In this document: in pieces, positions 40,854-51,132 of the stretch
Position numbering within the stretch: position 1 is the first letter of the stretch
How the letters are laid out: every line of letters starts with the position of its first letter
Origin: Patescibacteria group bacterium
GTDB taxonomy: Bacteria > Patescibacteriota > Microgenomatia > UBA1400 > PJMF01
Reading direction: 5' to 3'
Assembly (NCBI GenBank): GCA_041747555.1
Contig: JBGTEY010000011.1
Coordinates: forward strand, 12,696 to 76,695
DNA: 64,000 nt
Notes under the pieces: generated by a model
What the model saw: the letters and a program-made list of their open reading frames with translations, nothing else
What the model was told of the DNA's origin: nothing
Database searches by the model: none
Position numbers and translations under genes: made by a program

Positions 40854-41976
40854 ATAATCTTTAACCGCTAACTTTAGACGGTCAAACCGAGGTGAGTTGT
40901 TTTTACTTTTGACTAATTTTTCTGCATGATGCTTTTCTGATTGCAAATGGGTTTTATCGAATGATTGAATTAATGCCATAAGGCAGTAGTATCCAATATT
41001 TTCACAAAAAATACAAATTTTCCCCAAGTAAGCCATTTAAAGCCCCAAAATCGGCTTTTTAATTGTGAGACGGGTGTTTGTATGTCTCAAATAGAGGCCC
41101 GTGTGCATCAAAACGGTATTTTGTATACCAAATGACCTAATCCTACTGAATTACCGTTGCTAAGCAACAACTACTTACCTCCCATATCATATACGCCTGC
41201 CTTTTTAAGGTATATGCAACTAATTTGCATTTAGCACCAGGTGTATAGGGACTAAAAACCGAGAACTCAAGGTATGGAGACACCCCGAGAGGTATGGGGG
41301 AAGGAAGTAATACAAAGAAAATAATAACGAATACACAAAAACAACAAGCATGGAGAACAAACACAAATTAAGCAATGAAATCTGTGCAGTCTTTCTATAC
41401 TTGGCTTTACGTCGCAAAAGTAATATTGTGCGACGTAACACATTGTGGGTCCATTTAGTAAAAGAGAGCTCTTTCGCTCTCCACCGCTTCGATAGATTGC
41501 ACATTTCTGCATAGAACATGTTTCAGCGATCACCATTCACGCTGCAGTTCACCCGCCACCGCGTCTCTCGAGTCAGTCGCACTCTGTACATTATTTTCAC
41601 TATCTCATTAAACAGGCATTCGGGTTTTTTATTCCCGCAAATTGATGTATGTACTCGAGGAATAGAATAGCCCACCAGAGGTGGCTCTACTGCAGCCGCC
41701 AGAGGTCAGATCTGGTACTTATTTTTTCATTTATGGTCGTTTACGTGCCGATTATGCAACATTTACCCTGGTGGAATGCGTGTAATGTCCTATAACTATT
41801 GGAGTTTTCCACACTCTGTACTGTATCAAACTATATCATTTTACTCTATCAAAATATATCAACATCCCCTGCTCTTGACATATGGCACACATTTTTCTTC
41901 CCCCTACTCCAGTCTGGAAAAGATTACTCAATTTTTTTAAAAAAAATAAAATAGTGCATTTTTTAACGCTATTTTT

Positions 41977-42744
41977 CTATTTTAAGGGAAAAATAATGAA
42001 GAAAATTAACACGATAAAACCTGCCACCAAGCTATATTCCGTCAGTGTCTTGGAAAACAGTCTCCCCTTGAGGTAATTATGCAAAACCCCAAGTCCCAGA
42101 TATAAGATCGACATGATAAATAATGCGTAGTACCAGATAGTAAATGGAAAAAATGACAGCACGAGCGCGATTTGTATCAGCACCGTAGTCAAGAGTACTG
42201 ATATCAAAAACTCGCCCTTTTTGAGTTTTGGCTCGAGTTTAACCGACCAAACTGACATAAAAATTAAAGGGAAATGAACAAGTCCGATCAAAAGCGCATT
42301 CCAATAAAACGCTAACCTCAGAGAAAAAATAGTATGTGAGAGCAAGAGCGAAGTCAAAAGGGTAAAAAGGAGCCCAACCGCGTGCGCAGCGTGCAATAAT
42401 TGAATCGTTCTCCCCTTCGCCACCGAATATATATTTGATGTCAGAAACAATCCGTACATCCCTACCCCAAATAAACCGAGTATTGCGATTTTACTCGCCA
42501 GATGACTCGGTAACAGAAAGTAGAAAACGCTGACGGCCGTGGCATACATGGCGGGAAATGGCACAATCGTCACGCGCTCATGACTCTGAAGGTCGTCAGA
42601 AAGTGCCCAGGTGGACACCAGATAAGTTACAGCCGTGAAAATACCAACGGCCAAGTACCTAAACTCAAGCGAGATCGCTTGCACTCCAAGGAGACCGATA
42701 CTCAGCAAAACAGCTGCAATGACAAATTTTTCTCGTCTGCGCAT
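41977..42744 (-). CDS. Hypothetical polytopic membrane protein (~8 TM)
   Basis: Continuous hydrophobic helices and no recognised motif. 9 nt downstream of yebC. Confidence 0.45.
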   Translation of the reverse strand: MRRREKFVIAAVLLSIGLLGVQAISLEFRYLAVGIFTAVTYLVSTWALSDDLQSHERVTIVPFPAMYATAVSVFYFLLPSHLASKIAILGLFGVGMYGLFLTSNIYSVAKGRTIQLLHAAHAVGLLFTLLTSLLLSHTIFSLRLAFYWNALLIGLVHFPLIFMSVWSVKLEPKLKKGEFLISVLLTTVLIQIALVLSFFPFTIWYYALFIMSILYLGLGVLHNYLKGRLFSKTLTEYSLVAGFIVLIFFIIFPLK

Positions 42745-42752
42745 ATCGTTTG

Positions 42753-43313
42753 TTACTCATCATCAGAGAGCTGGGCAGCGGTGTACACATCCTCAACATC
42801 ATCGTCAGATAAAAATTGATCTAGTAATGATTTGATCTTTTTTTCGTCTGCTGGCTCGACTGGCATGGGCATCGTGGTCACGTAGTCACCAGCGTCGTTT
42901 CGCTGAAACATATACATGGCGGAGCCTGGACTGCCAAGGGAGCCCCCTCCTCTAGAAAAAATAAATTTCATGTTGGAACTAGTGCGATTAGGATTGTCGG
43001 TCATTGCAGAAACAATTATGGGAACGCCACCAGGTCCAAATCCTTCGTAATCAATTTGTTGAATTGTCGCGCCGGTGCTGCTTTTTCCAAGACCGCGATC
43101 GATTGCGCGCTGAATATTATCTTTGGGCATGTTGGCACTGCGAGCTTTTTCAAGTGCTAATCTGAGCGATGGATTTGCGTTTGGATCTCCTGAACCACCT
43201 TCTTTGGTGGCCATTTTAATTTGTTTTGAAATTTGGGAAAAAACCTTGCCTTTTTTGGCGTCGTTTGCCCCTTTTCGCTGTTTAATATTGTTCCACTTAC
43301 TGTGTCCTGCCAT
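42753..43313 (-). CDS. yebC: YebC/PmpR family DNA-binding regulatory protein
   Basis: MAGHSKWNNIKQRKGANDAKKGKVFSQISKQI is the family N-terminus. The start was moved to that Met; the upstream part of the track ORF is an artefact. Confidence 0.88.
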   Translation of the reverse strand: MAGHSKWNNIKQRKGANDAKKGKVFSQISKQIKMATKEGGSGDPNANPSLRLALEKARSANMPKDNIQRAIDRGLGKSSTGATIQQIDYEGFGPGGVPIIVSAMTDNPNRTSSNMKFIFSRGGGSLGSPGSAMYMFQRNDAGDYVTTMPMPVEPADEKKIKSLLDQFLSDDDVEDVYTAAQLSDDE

Positions 43314-43406
43314 ATGAAATTCTATTATACAGGATTGTTTAAAAAAACCATGTTGACATACGACACCACACCTTGTAGTATTCTCCAGCATAACCCTGAG
43401 GGATCT

Positions 43407-44147
43407 ATGATAAGCAGAGCAACTCTCCGCAACAAAGCAATCGCCGCCGCAAAGCAAGCAAATTGGCATGAGGCGATTGAACTTAATACACTCCTTATTT
43501 CTCAAGAAAAGCACGATACTCAAGCACTTAACCGCCTTGGTGTAGCACACCTACAGCTGCGTGACGTTGATGCTGCCAAAGCAGCGTTTGAGCAAACCTT
43601 AGAAATTGATCGAACTAATACCATTGCAAAAAAGCACTTAGCTAATCTGAAAAAAAACATTATTGTGGCCGCTCCTTCGTTCACCAAACAGCATTTCATC
43701 GAAGAGCCAGGAAAAACAAAAACAGTTGAGCTTCACCGTTTGGCAGGAAAAAACTCACTCAAAGATGTTTCAGTTGGCCAAGTTTGCACACTCAAACCAA
43801 AAAATCGCTTTATCTCAATCGAAGTTGGTGATTCATACGTCGGCGCACTTCCAGAAGATCTTTCGTTTCGACTTTCTAAATTAATAAAACGCGGCAATCA
43901 GTATTCCTGCCAAGTTCGATCATGTAATGGCACCGCTTGTTCGGTCTACATCAAGGAAGAAGTTCAATCTGCAAAAAATGCAGATATCCACTCGTTCCCA
44001 CCAAATAAAAATAATCTCGCGACACTAAACGATATTGATGAAGACTTTTTACTCGAAAAAGATATACCAGTTGAAATCGTTGATACCGACAACGATGTTG
44101 AAAAGTCATTTGAAGACGTCGAATCAGATGCCCTTAATGACGATTAA
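43407..44147 (+). CDS. TPR-repeat protein with acidic C-terminus
   Basis: ALNRLGVAHLQLRDVDAAKAAFEQTLEIDRTN forms TPR-like helices. GAGGGA lies 3-4 nt before ATG 43407. An alternative start is 43350. Confidence 0.45.
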   Translation: MISRATLRNKAIAAAKQANWHEAIELNTLLISQEKHDTQALNRLGVAHLQLRDVDAAKAAFEQTLEIDRTNTIAKKHLANLKKNIIVAAPSFTKQHFIEEPGKTKTVELHRLAGKNSLKDVSVGQVCTLKPKNRFISIEVGDSYVGALPEDLSFRLSKLIKRGNQYSCQVRSCNGTACSVYIKEEVQSAKNADIHSFPPNKNNLATLNDIDEDFLLEKDIPVEIVDTDNDVEKSFEDVESDALNDD

Positions 44148-44148
44148 A

Positions 44149-45195
44149 TTATTCACCAGACAGCGCTGCTGCGGTGTCGTTTCCAAGTAAAATAATAACA
44201 GTTCCTCGGTAATACGACTCCAAATCCTCTCTCACTTCTCTCTCTGGGGGATCAGGGAAAAATACAGAAATTTTTTCTGCAATCGGCTCGCATGTTTCGA
44301 TAACTGATGAATCGATAAGTACAATCGTACGCTCTACCGTTGGTGTTTCTGAGATTGTCCTAACCACAAATACTCCGTTTTCTTCAAAGCTATCAGTAAT
44401 TGTTCTGGCTAAGCCAGGTTCAGTCGTCGTGTTTACTACCACAACAGGGCAATTTTGTATAACTGAAGCGTCAAGCGCTCCAGGTGCAGCTATTGTTGCG
44501 TGAACTGCATCTGGTGTTGCAATCGCTTCGATACTCCCTGACTGCAGCGCATAGTACATCCGAAGTAAATCTGCCCATTGCGGGTCGGTACCAAAGCCGC
44601 GGATACCTCGCCAGAATAGTTCATTTTTAAAATCATTTGAAGCAAATGCTTCTTGGGTAATATTTGGATGAGCGACAACAGTATCAACTAACGAACCAAA
44701 AATATGCCCATACACCGCTGTTGCTTCAGGCTGATCTTTTATGCTTAAGTGTAAAAGTGGATATACTGACCGGAGTTCGTACTCACCAAATCCACTGATG
44801 ACCGATACCTCAGTATCTCCAAGCACGGGGACCACCACACTGTCTTCATACGTTGGGTGTAATCGTGCAGCTAGAACGAGCTGTCGTTCGGCATCGGGGT
44901 TGCTGGGTACTAACACTATTGTTGATTCTTCAAACTTTAGAAAAAGTAATTCGGGGAGGATAAATGAGAAGGTTAGCCAAAGCGTTGCCGCAATTCCGAG
45001 TGCTACAATCACCACACTTCGGATCAGTCTGGTCATGAAGGACGCTAGTTTTGGCCGGCTCGTTGATCTTGTGGATCGTGATCTGGATCGAGTTTTTCGC
45101 GCAGGAACTTTAGAACGGGATCGACTAGGGACACGAGACTTGCTCGCGGTCTTACGGAGTGATGTTCGTTTTTTTGGTGTCCGGGCAGGTACCAT
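44149..45195 (-). CDS. Membrane-anchored protein with Arg/Ser-rich cytoplasmic tail and C-terminal LytR_C-like domain
   Basis: The N-terminal 50 aa are RS/KR-rich, followed by a TM helix and an exported domain. C-terminal VVVVNTTTEPGLARTITDSFEENGVFVV resembles LytR_C. No RSDT LCP catalytic motif was found. Confidence 0.4.
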   Translation of the reverse strand: MVPARTPKKRTSLRKTASKSRVPSRSRSKVPARKTRSRSRSTRSTSRPKLASFMTRLIRSVVIVALGIAATLWLTFSFILPELLFLKFEESTIVLVPSNPDAERQLVLAARLHPTYEDSVVVPVLGDTEVSVISGFGEYELRSVYPLLHLSIKDQPEATAVYGHIFGSLVDTVVAHPNITQEAFASNDFKNELFWRGIRGFGTDPQWADLLRMYYALQSGSIEAIATPDAVHATIAAPGALDASVIQNCPVVVVNTTTEPGLARTITDSFEENGVFVVRTISETPTVERTIVLIDSSVIETCEPIAEKISVFFPDPPEREVREDLESYYRGTVIILLGNDTAAALSGE

Positions 45196-45210
45196 GGTTT
45201 TTTACTGTAA

Positions 45211-46401
<1,191 letters not shown>

Positions 46402-46406
46402 TTAGG

Positions 46407-46904
46407 TTACTCGGATGCAGCTTTGGTTTCCTCTGCGTCTGAAGCAGTTTCACCAACTTCGTATCGCACAAATCGTGCAACTACAAATTTCTCTCCAATT
46501 TTTCCGCTGACCGTTTTCATGAATTGCTCAACGGTTTCTGATGGATTTTTGATGAAATCTTGCTCAAGCAATTCGGTGACAGATGTTGGCTTCATAGCTA
46601 CCACTTGCATGGCAATACCTTTTGCCATATCTTGAAAATCGCTGTTTCTGGCAACGTAATCAGTTTCGCAATTGATTTCGACTATAGCTGCGGTTTTGTT
46701 ATTTCCGTGGACGTAGCTTGCGATGTAGCCTTCTGAGGTTTCGCGATCAGCTTTTTTCTCTGCGCGAGCCATGCCTTTGAGCTTCACGATTTCAAGTGCT
46801 TTTTTGTAGTTACCCTTGGCTTCTTCGAGGGCTTTTTTACAGTCCATGATACCTGCGCCTGTTTCTTCACGAAGTTTTTTTACATCTGCGGGTGATATTG
46901 CCAT
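46407..46904 (-). CDS. tsf: Elongation factor Ts (short form)
   Basis: The UBA-like N-terminus ADVKKLREETGAGIMDCKKALEEAKGN is present. It sits immediately downstream of rpsB, as is canonical. Confidence 0.85.
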   Translation of the reverse strand: MAISPADVKKLREETGAGIMDCKKALEEAKGNYKKALEIVKLKGMARAEKKADRETSEGYIASYVHGNNKTAAIVEINCETDYVARNSDFQDMAKGIAMQVVAMKPTSVTELLEQDFIKNPSETVEQFMKTVSGKIGEKFVVARFVRYEVGETASDAEETKAASE

Positions 46905-46948
46905 ATCTTGCTCCTTCTCTCTCTAGTATTTGATAAAAATATGCGAAG

Positions 46949-47674
46949 TTATGCTGCTTTACCAGCTTTGTATCCAGCGGCGAGTTGAGACACGATGTAT
47001 TGAATGCTTTTGACCGCGTCGTCGTTTGCAGGAACTAAGATATCGATGTGTTCTGGATCAGCGTTTGAGTCAGCGAGGGCGATGATTCGCACTTCGGTGT
47101 CGTTTGCTTCTTTGACTGCGTTTTTCTCTCGCACTGGGTCAACCACGATGATTGCATCGGGTTTGGACTCTAATTTTCTGATTCCTTCAAAAAATCGTCT
47201 CAATCGACCGAGTTCTTTTTCAAGCTGCACTTGTTCGTATTTGGTGTAGCCGTCAAATTTCTTGTTTTTCAAGCCATCTTCAAGCTCGTTCATTCGTTTG
47301 ATTGATTTTTGAACTTGATTCCAGTTTGTGAGCAGTCCACCAAGCCAACGAGATGCGATGTAGTACATACCTGCTTCTTGTGCAGTTGAGACGACGATGT
47401 CTTTTGCTTGGCGCTTGGTGCCGACAATGACGACTGACTTGTTGTTTTTTCCGAGGGAGTGCAGATAGTTATATGCGTCTTGGAGTTGTGATGCGGTTTT
47501 GGCGAGGTCAAAAATGTGGACGCCGTTTTTTTCCATGTAAATGAACTCGTCCATTTTTGGATTCCACTTTTCTTTTTTGTGACCAAAATGACATCCTGCC
47601 TCGAGTAATTCAGCAAGATCGTATTCAGGTGCCTCTTGAGGCAATTTCGTGAGATCGATTGGTAATGTTTTCAT
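46949..47674 (-). CDS. rpsB: 30S ribosomal protein uS2
   Basis: LLEAGCHFGHKKEKWNPKM motif. A strong SD AAGGAGG lies 6 nt upstream. Confidence 0.93.
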   Translation of the reverse strand: MKTLPIDLTKLPQEAPEYDLAELLEAGCHFGHKKEKWNPKMDEFIYMEKNGVHIFDLAKTASQLQDAYNYLHSLGKNNKSVVIVGTKRQAKDIVVSTAQEAGMYYIASRWLGGLLTNWNQVQKSIKRMNELEDGLKNKKFDGYTKYEQVQLEKELGRLRRFFEGIRKLESKPDAIIVVDPVREKNAVKEANDTEVRIIALADSNADPEHIDILVPANDDAVKSIQYIVSQLAAGYKAGKAA

Positions 47675-47902
47675 GTCCTTGTTCCTCCTTTTGGAGCACG
47701 GAATTGCGGCGGTTTCGTCATAAATATCGATTTATGCGAACAGGACGTGCACTGCATCCATACATTTTTTTACTAGAAGGGGTAGTATAGCATACTTGGG
47801 GGGATGTGGGGAGTGTGTGCAGGCCAGCATTGGATATTGGAAACTTTTTTTCATCCACGCAAAATTTATGCATGAATAAACTTTCCCTATTTGACTCTAA
47901 TC

Positions 47903-48733
47903 CTACTCGCTCTGTCTCTTGGCTTTATTCATAAGTTTCATCCTCTCTTCTTCGATGTCTAAAACATGCATTCTCCGATGACAGTTGGGACATAATGCCA
48001 CTACGTTTTCCAACGTATCGGGACCACCCTCTGAAAGCCATTTAATATGATGTACTTCAAAAAATGGCTCATTGCTTTTATCAGTAAATGGCGCTTCCAG
48101 TTCGCACAAATCACAAATGCCACCTGCCCTTCTTTTTGCCAACTCCACTATATCTGAATTGCGGTCATACTGTTTGGATACTACAACTCTTACCCCGACC
48201 TTCTTTGGAGCCTTTTTAACCCGCGCCTCCAGTTCTTCAGTGGTTTTACTCCTTGATTTCTTATCTAATATTCTAGTCTTGTTATCAAACACGTCTTTAG
48301 TAATTATTGGCGTTTGTGACTGGTCCTCAAGCTTTAAGGGGAATACCCATACTTTTCGGTCTGTTCCATCTGCATCTGGCTGTACCTCTTCATGAGGGTC
48401 TTCAAACAAAACCATTTTTCCTTGGTAGGTATATTTTCCAGCTTCAAGCACCTCAAATAGGTGGACATCAATTCCGTTAGTATCTGACTCCGCAAGTGTT
48501 TTATTTTGACTGTAGTTCAAGTCTTGGTCTCCCCGCAAACCCATGCCAGTATAATGAAATACGTCATCCAGCCATCTATCTTCATAAACAGACTTTAAGT
48601 GGTCTGACACTAAAACGAGTGTATTTGTACGCAAACTACGTCTCATACCGCCCTGAGGAGCGCAAAGGAAGATTTCGCAAACTTCTTCGTTTGATAAGTT
48701 GGTTCCAGGTTTCAGACTTTCAATTTCATCCAT
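47903..48733 (-). CDS. SRA-domain + HNH nuclease, ScoMcrA/McrA-like modification-dependent (type IV) restriction endonuclease
   Basis: N-terminal LVLVSDHLKSVYEDRWLDDVFHYTGMGLRGDQD...YTYQGKMVL fits the SRA/YDG-like pattern (SGGYEDD...YTGSGGRD...YRYDGLY). C-terminal CDLC...EVHHIKWLSEGGPDTLENVVALCPNCHRRMH is an HNH beta-beta-alpha-Me fold with a Cys4 Zn site. 276 aa, similar to E. coli McrA. Confidence 0.65.
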   Translation of the reverse strand: MDEIESLKPGTNLSNEEVCEIFLCAPQGGMRRSLRTNTLVLVSDHLKSVYEDRWLDDVFHYTGMGLRGDQDLNYSQNKTLAESDTNGIDVHLFEVLEAGKYTYQGKMVLFEDPHEEVQPDADGTDRKVWVFPLKLEDQSQTPIITKDVFDNKTRILDKKSRSKTTEELEARVKKAPKKVGVRVVVSKQYDRNSDIVELAKRRAGGICDLCELEAPFTDKSNEPFFEVHHIKWLSEGGPDTLENVVALCPNCHRRMHVLDIEEERMKLMNKAKRQSE

Positions 48734-49127
48734 CGCTTTTCTCCATGAGGGTACTAATTATTGGTAAGTCAGCTTCACAGAAAGTGAAATCAGGCAATTG
48801 ATGAAGGGAAACCCATGCAATCTCTTCATGGTCATTCAGAATAAAGTCACCGGAAATGTATCGAGAGTGAAAAGCCATTAAATTTATTGTTACTTCTTTG
48901 TAACTATAAAGGCAGTTGGTAATGTGACTACCAGTCTCTGTGTTAATGCAGAACTCCTCAAGTAACTCCCTCTCTAAACACTGCTCAGGAGTTTCTCCCT
49001 CCTCAATCTTTCCTCCAGGAAACTCCCATTTTAGTTCCAAACGCGAACCTCTTTTGCGCTTGGCAATCAACACTTTTCCATCCCTCTCAATCACCGCTGC
49101 TGCTACATTTACTACCTTTTTACTCAT
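48726..49127 (-). CDS. NUDIX hydrolase (MutT-like)
   Basis: Nudix box GGKIEEGETPEQCLERELLEEFCI. Overlaps the SRA-HNH gene by 8 nt. Confidence 0.8.
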   Translation of the reverse strand: MSKKVVNVAAAVIERDGKVLIAKRKRGSRLELKWEFPGGKIEEGETPEQCLERELLEEFCINTETGSHITNCLYSYKEVTINLMAFHSRYISGDFILNDHEEIAWVSLHQLPDFTFCEADLPIISTLMEKSDG

Positions 49128-49175
49128 GATTAGTCTCGCAATAGATTAATACCTTGCATCTTGAGAGTCGTATGC

Positions 49176-50141
49176 TTAGAGAGAAGATGAAGTGGTACGA
49201 CTAGCCAACTCCACACAATTCTCCAACAAGCTAACAACCGTCAAGGGACCTACACCTCCAGGCACTGGCGTAATAAACGCAGCTTTTGGCGCCACAGTTG
49301 CAAATTCAACATCAGGTCGTGGTTCACCGACGTCAATCACTACAACTCCAGCAGAAACCATTTGCCCAGTTATCAGGTTTTTGCTCCCCGTGGCACTGAT
49401 AATTACTGCCGCATCCTTGAGGAAAGTGCCTAATTCAATCCGTTCATCAAGCTCTGTGCGACCGATCATTTCAACGGGATAACCTTGGTTTTTAATTTCA
49501 TAAAAAAGTGGCTGGCCCACAATATCTGATTTGCCAATAATAATATGTTTACTTATTTTGGTGATTGTATTGGGCGTGTATTTGGCGGCGTTTCTTGCTA
49601 ATTCTAAAATTAACAACACTGCCCGAGCTGTTGCTGGCATGACACTCCCCTGCTCTAGCCAGGTATTTTTTTTGATGAATCGTAATGTTTTTGGGTGCAA
49701 ACCGTCAACGTCTTTTTCCAGTGCAATGGCGCTCGTCAATTTCTTCCACCAGGCAGAAAAATCGGCAGGGGAGGGGTTGTTTTTAGTTTTGTCCCCTTCT
49801 CTAGTGCCCTGCTCCTTTGAAACGTGGGCAGTCATCCAAGTTTTCCTCCATGGTTTTTGAATGATAATTCCTGTTATTGCGGGATCTGTATTGAGTTTTT
49901 TGATAATTTTTACTATTTTTTTGGGATCGTCTCTCAATGAACACTGCTCTACCCTATAGATAATTCCTACGCGCTTTGCTGCCTCACCTTTGAGCTGGGT
50001 GTATAACCGACTCCCCTCATCTTCGGTAAACAGTACTGCTGCAATTGTCAGAGTTTGACCTTCACGAGCAATTTTTGCAACTTTTTGAGTAATTGCTTTT
50101 TCACGCTCCGCCGCCGCAGCATTTCCGTCAAAAATAATCAT
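49176..50141 (-). CDS. folD: Bifunctional methylenetetrahydrofolate dehydrogenase/cyclohydrolase with ~45-aa insertion
   Basis: MIIFDGNAAAAE..., NAD(P)-binding GKSDIVGQP, and PGGVGPLTVVSLLEN. 321 aa against ~285 typical. The insertion is PWRKTWMTAHVSKEQGTREGDKTKNNPSPADFSAWW. Confidence 0.8.
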   Translation of the reverse strand: MIIFDGNAAAAEREKAITQKVAKIAREGQTLTIAAVLFTEDEGSRLYTQLKGEAAKRVGIIYRVEQCSLRDDPKKIVKIIKKLNTDPAITGIIIQKPWRKTWMTAHVSKEQGTREGDKTKNNPSPADFSAWWKKLTSAIALEKDVDGLHPKTLRFIKKNTWLEQGSVMPATARAVLLILELARNAAKYTPNTITKISKHIIIGKSDIVGQPLFYEIKNQGYPVEMIGRTELDERIELGTFLKDAAVIISATGSKNLITGQMVSAGVVVIDVGEPRPDVEFATVAPKAAFITPVPGGVGPLTVVSLLENCVELASRTTSSSL

Positions 50142-50152
50142 TTCTTCCTTTT

Positions 50153-51058
50153 TTATTGAATCAATTTCTTAAGCCTAGCCATATTTTCTGCATCAGGACC
50201 ATTTTTATCCAAACCGGGAACCTCTAAAATTACTGGAATTTCATCGAGTTCTGGTCTTGTGAGGAAAAAGCGAAAATCATCCAATAAAATCTCTCCATCT
50301 CCCAAATTATGATGCCGATCTCTCCCCGATCCATACGGATCGCGACTGTCGTTTGCGTGGATACATTTGAGTGATTTCCAGAGATCTAAGTCTGAAATTG
50401 TTGTGACTAAACTCTTGGGAAGAGTAACATTTTTTTGGGCAGTGTCGTGTTCTGGGACCGATTCGCCAAGGTAATATCCAGCAGCAAATGAGTGGCAGGT
50501 ATCGACGCACCAGCCGAGGCGATCTCCAAATTTTGGTTGTAATTCATCGAGTAGCCATTTGACTTCTGCGAGGTCGCTACATAATTTGCCGTTTTGCCCA
50601 GCAGATGGTTCGATAAGAAATGTTGAATTTTTTGGCGAGTCACTAAGAATTTCTGCGATTGCATCTCTAACCTGAATTTTAACTGCCTCCCAACCTCTAC
50701 CTTGATGACTCCCCAAATGAACCACGATGCCGCTTCCGCCTATTTTTGCGTCAAACTGGAGGTCGTATTTAAGGACGTCGATTGATTTTTTAACAAGATC
50801 TGGCTTGTCGGAAGCTAGATTTATCAAATACAGTACGTGGGTAAAAATAGGCTGTACATCATACTTTTTTTGATATTCAAAAACTTTTTCAAAATCAAAA
50901 TCATCAAGTGGTTTTCGCTTCCAAACTTGTGGACTCCCACTAAATAATTGCAAGCAATTTCCGCCAATTTTAGCGACTCGCTCAACTGCTTTAAACTGTC
51001 CTCCAGCCGCAGAAACATGGGCTCCAATTCGTCTGTTACTCTTTTTTTCTGCTGCCAT
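50153..51058 (-). CDS. nfo: Endonuclease IV (AP endonuclease family 2)
   Basis: Metal-binding His/Asp/Glu in GAHVSAAGG, VVHLGSH and CIHANDSRDPYGSGRDRHHNLGDGEI. Confidence 0.88.
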   Translation of the reverse strand: MAAEKKSNRRIGAHVSAAGGQFKAVERVAKIGGNCLQLFSGSPQVWKRKPLDDFDFEKVFEYQKKYDVQPIFTHVLYLINLASDKPDLVKKSIDVLKYDLQFDAKIGGSGIVVHLGSHQGRGWEAVKIQVRDAIAEILSDSPKNSTFLIEPSAGQNGKLCSDLAEVKWLLDELQPKFGDRLGWCVDTCHSFAAGYYLGESVPEHDTAQKNVTLPKSLVTTISDLDLWKSLKCIHANDSRDPYGSGRDRHHNLGDGEILLDDFRFFLTRPELDEIPVILEVPGLDKNGPDAENMARLKKLIQ

Positions 51059-51132
51059 GGGTCACTTCCTTTCTGGGTACATGCCTTGTATTATAGCGGT
51101 GAACGGCAAAAACCCAATGCCAGACTCAGTGT

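Noticed and set aside
36414-41036. Interpretation as a classical tRNA-integrated prophage or genomic island
   Set aside because: The recombinase lies on the 5' side of tRNA-Ala, while islands normally insert at the tRNA 3' end. No phage structural, replication or transposase genes are present. It is kept only as a possible acquired segment, not called a mobile element.
41143-41536. Three overlapping minus-strand ORFs (73-99 aa) in the ORF-poor region
   Set aside because: They are mutually overlapping in different frames, Cys/Phe-rich nonsense translations with no start context. They are treated as non-coding; see the finding on 41037-41976.
44149-45195. LCP (LytR-CpsA-Psr) phosphotransferase assignment
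   Set aside because: Only the C-terminal LytR_C-like segment is recognisable and the catalytic RSDT-type motif is absent. The annotation was reduced to a LytR_C-containing membrane protein.
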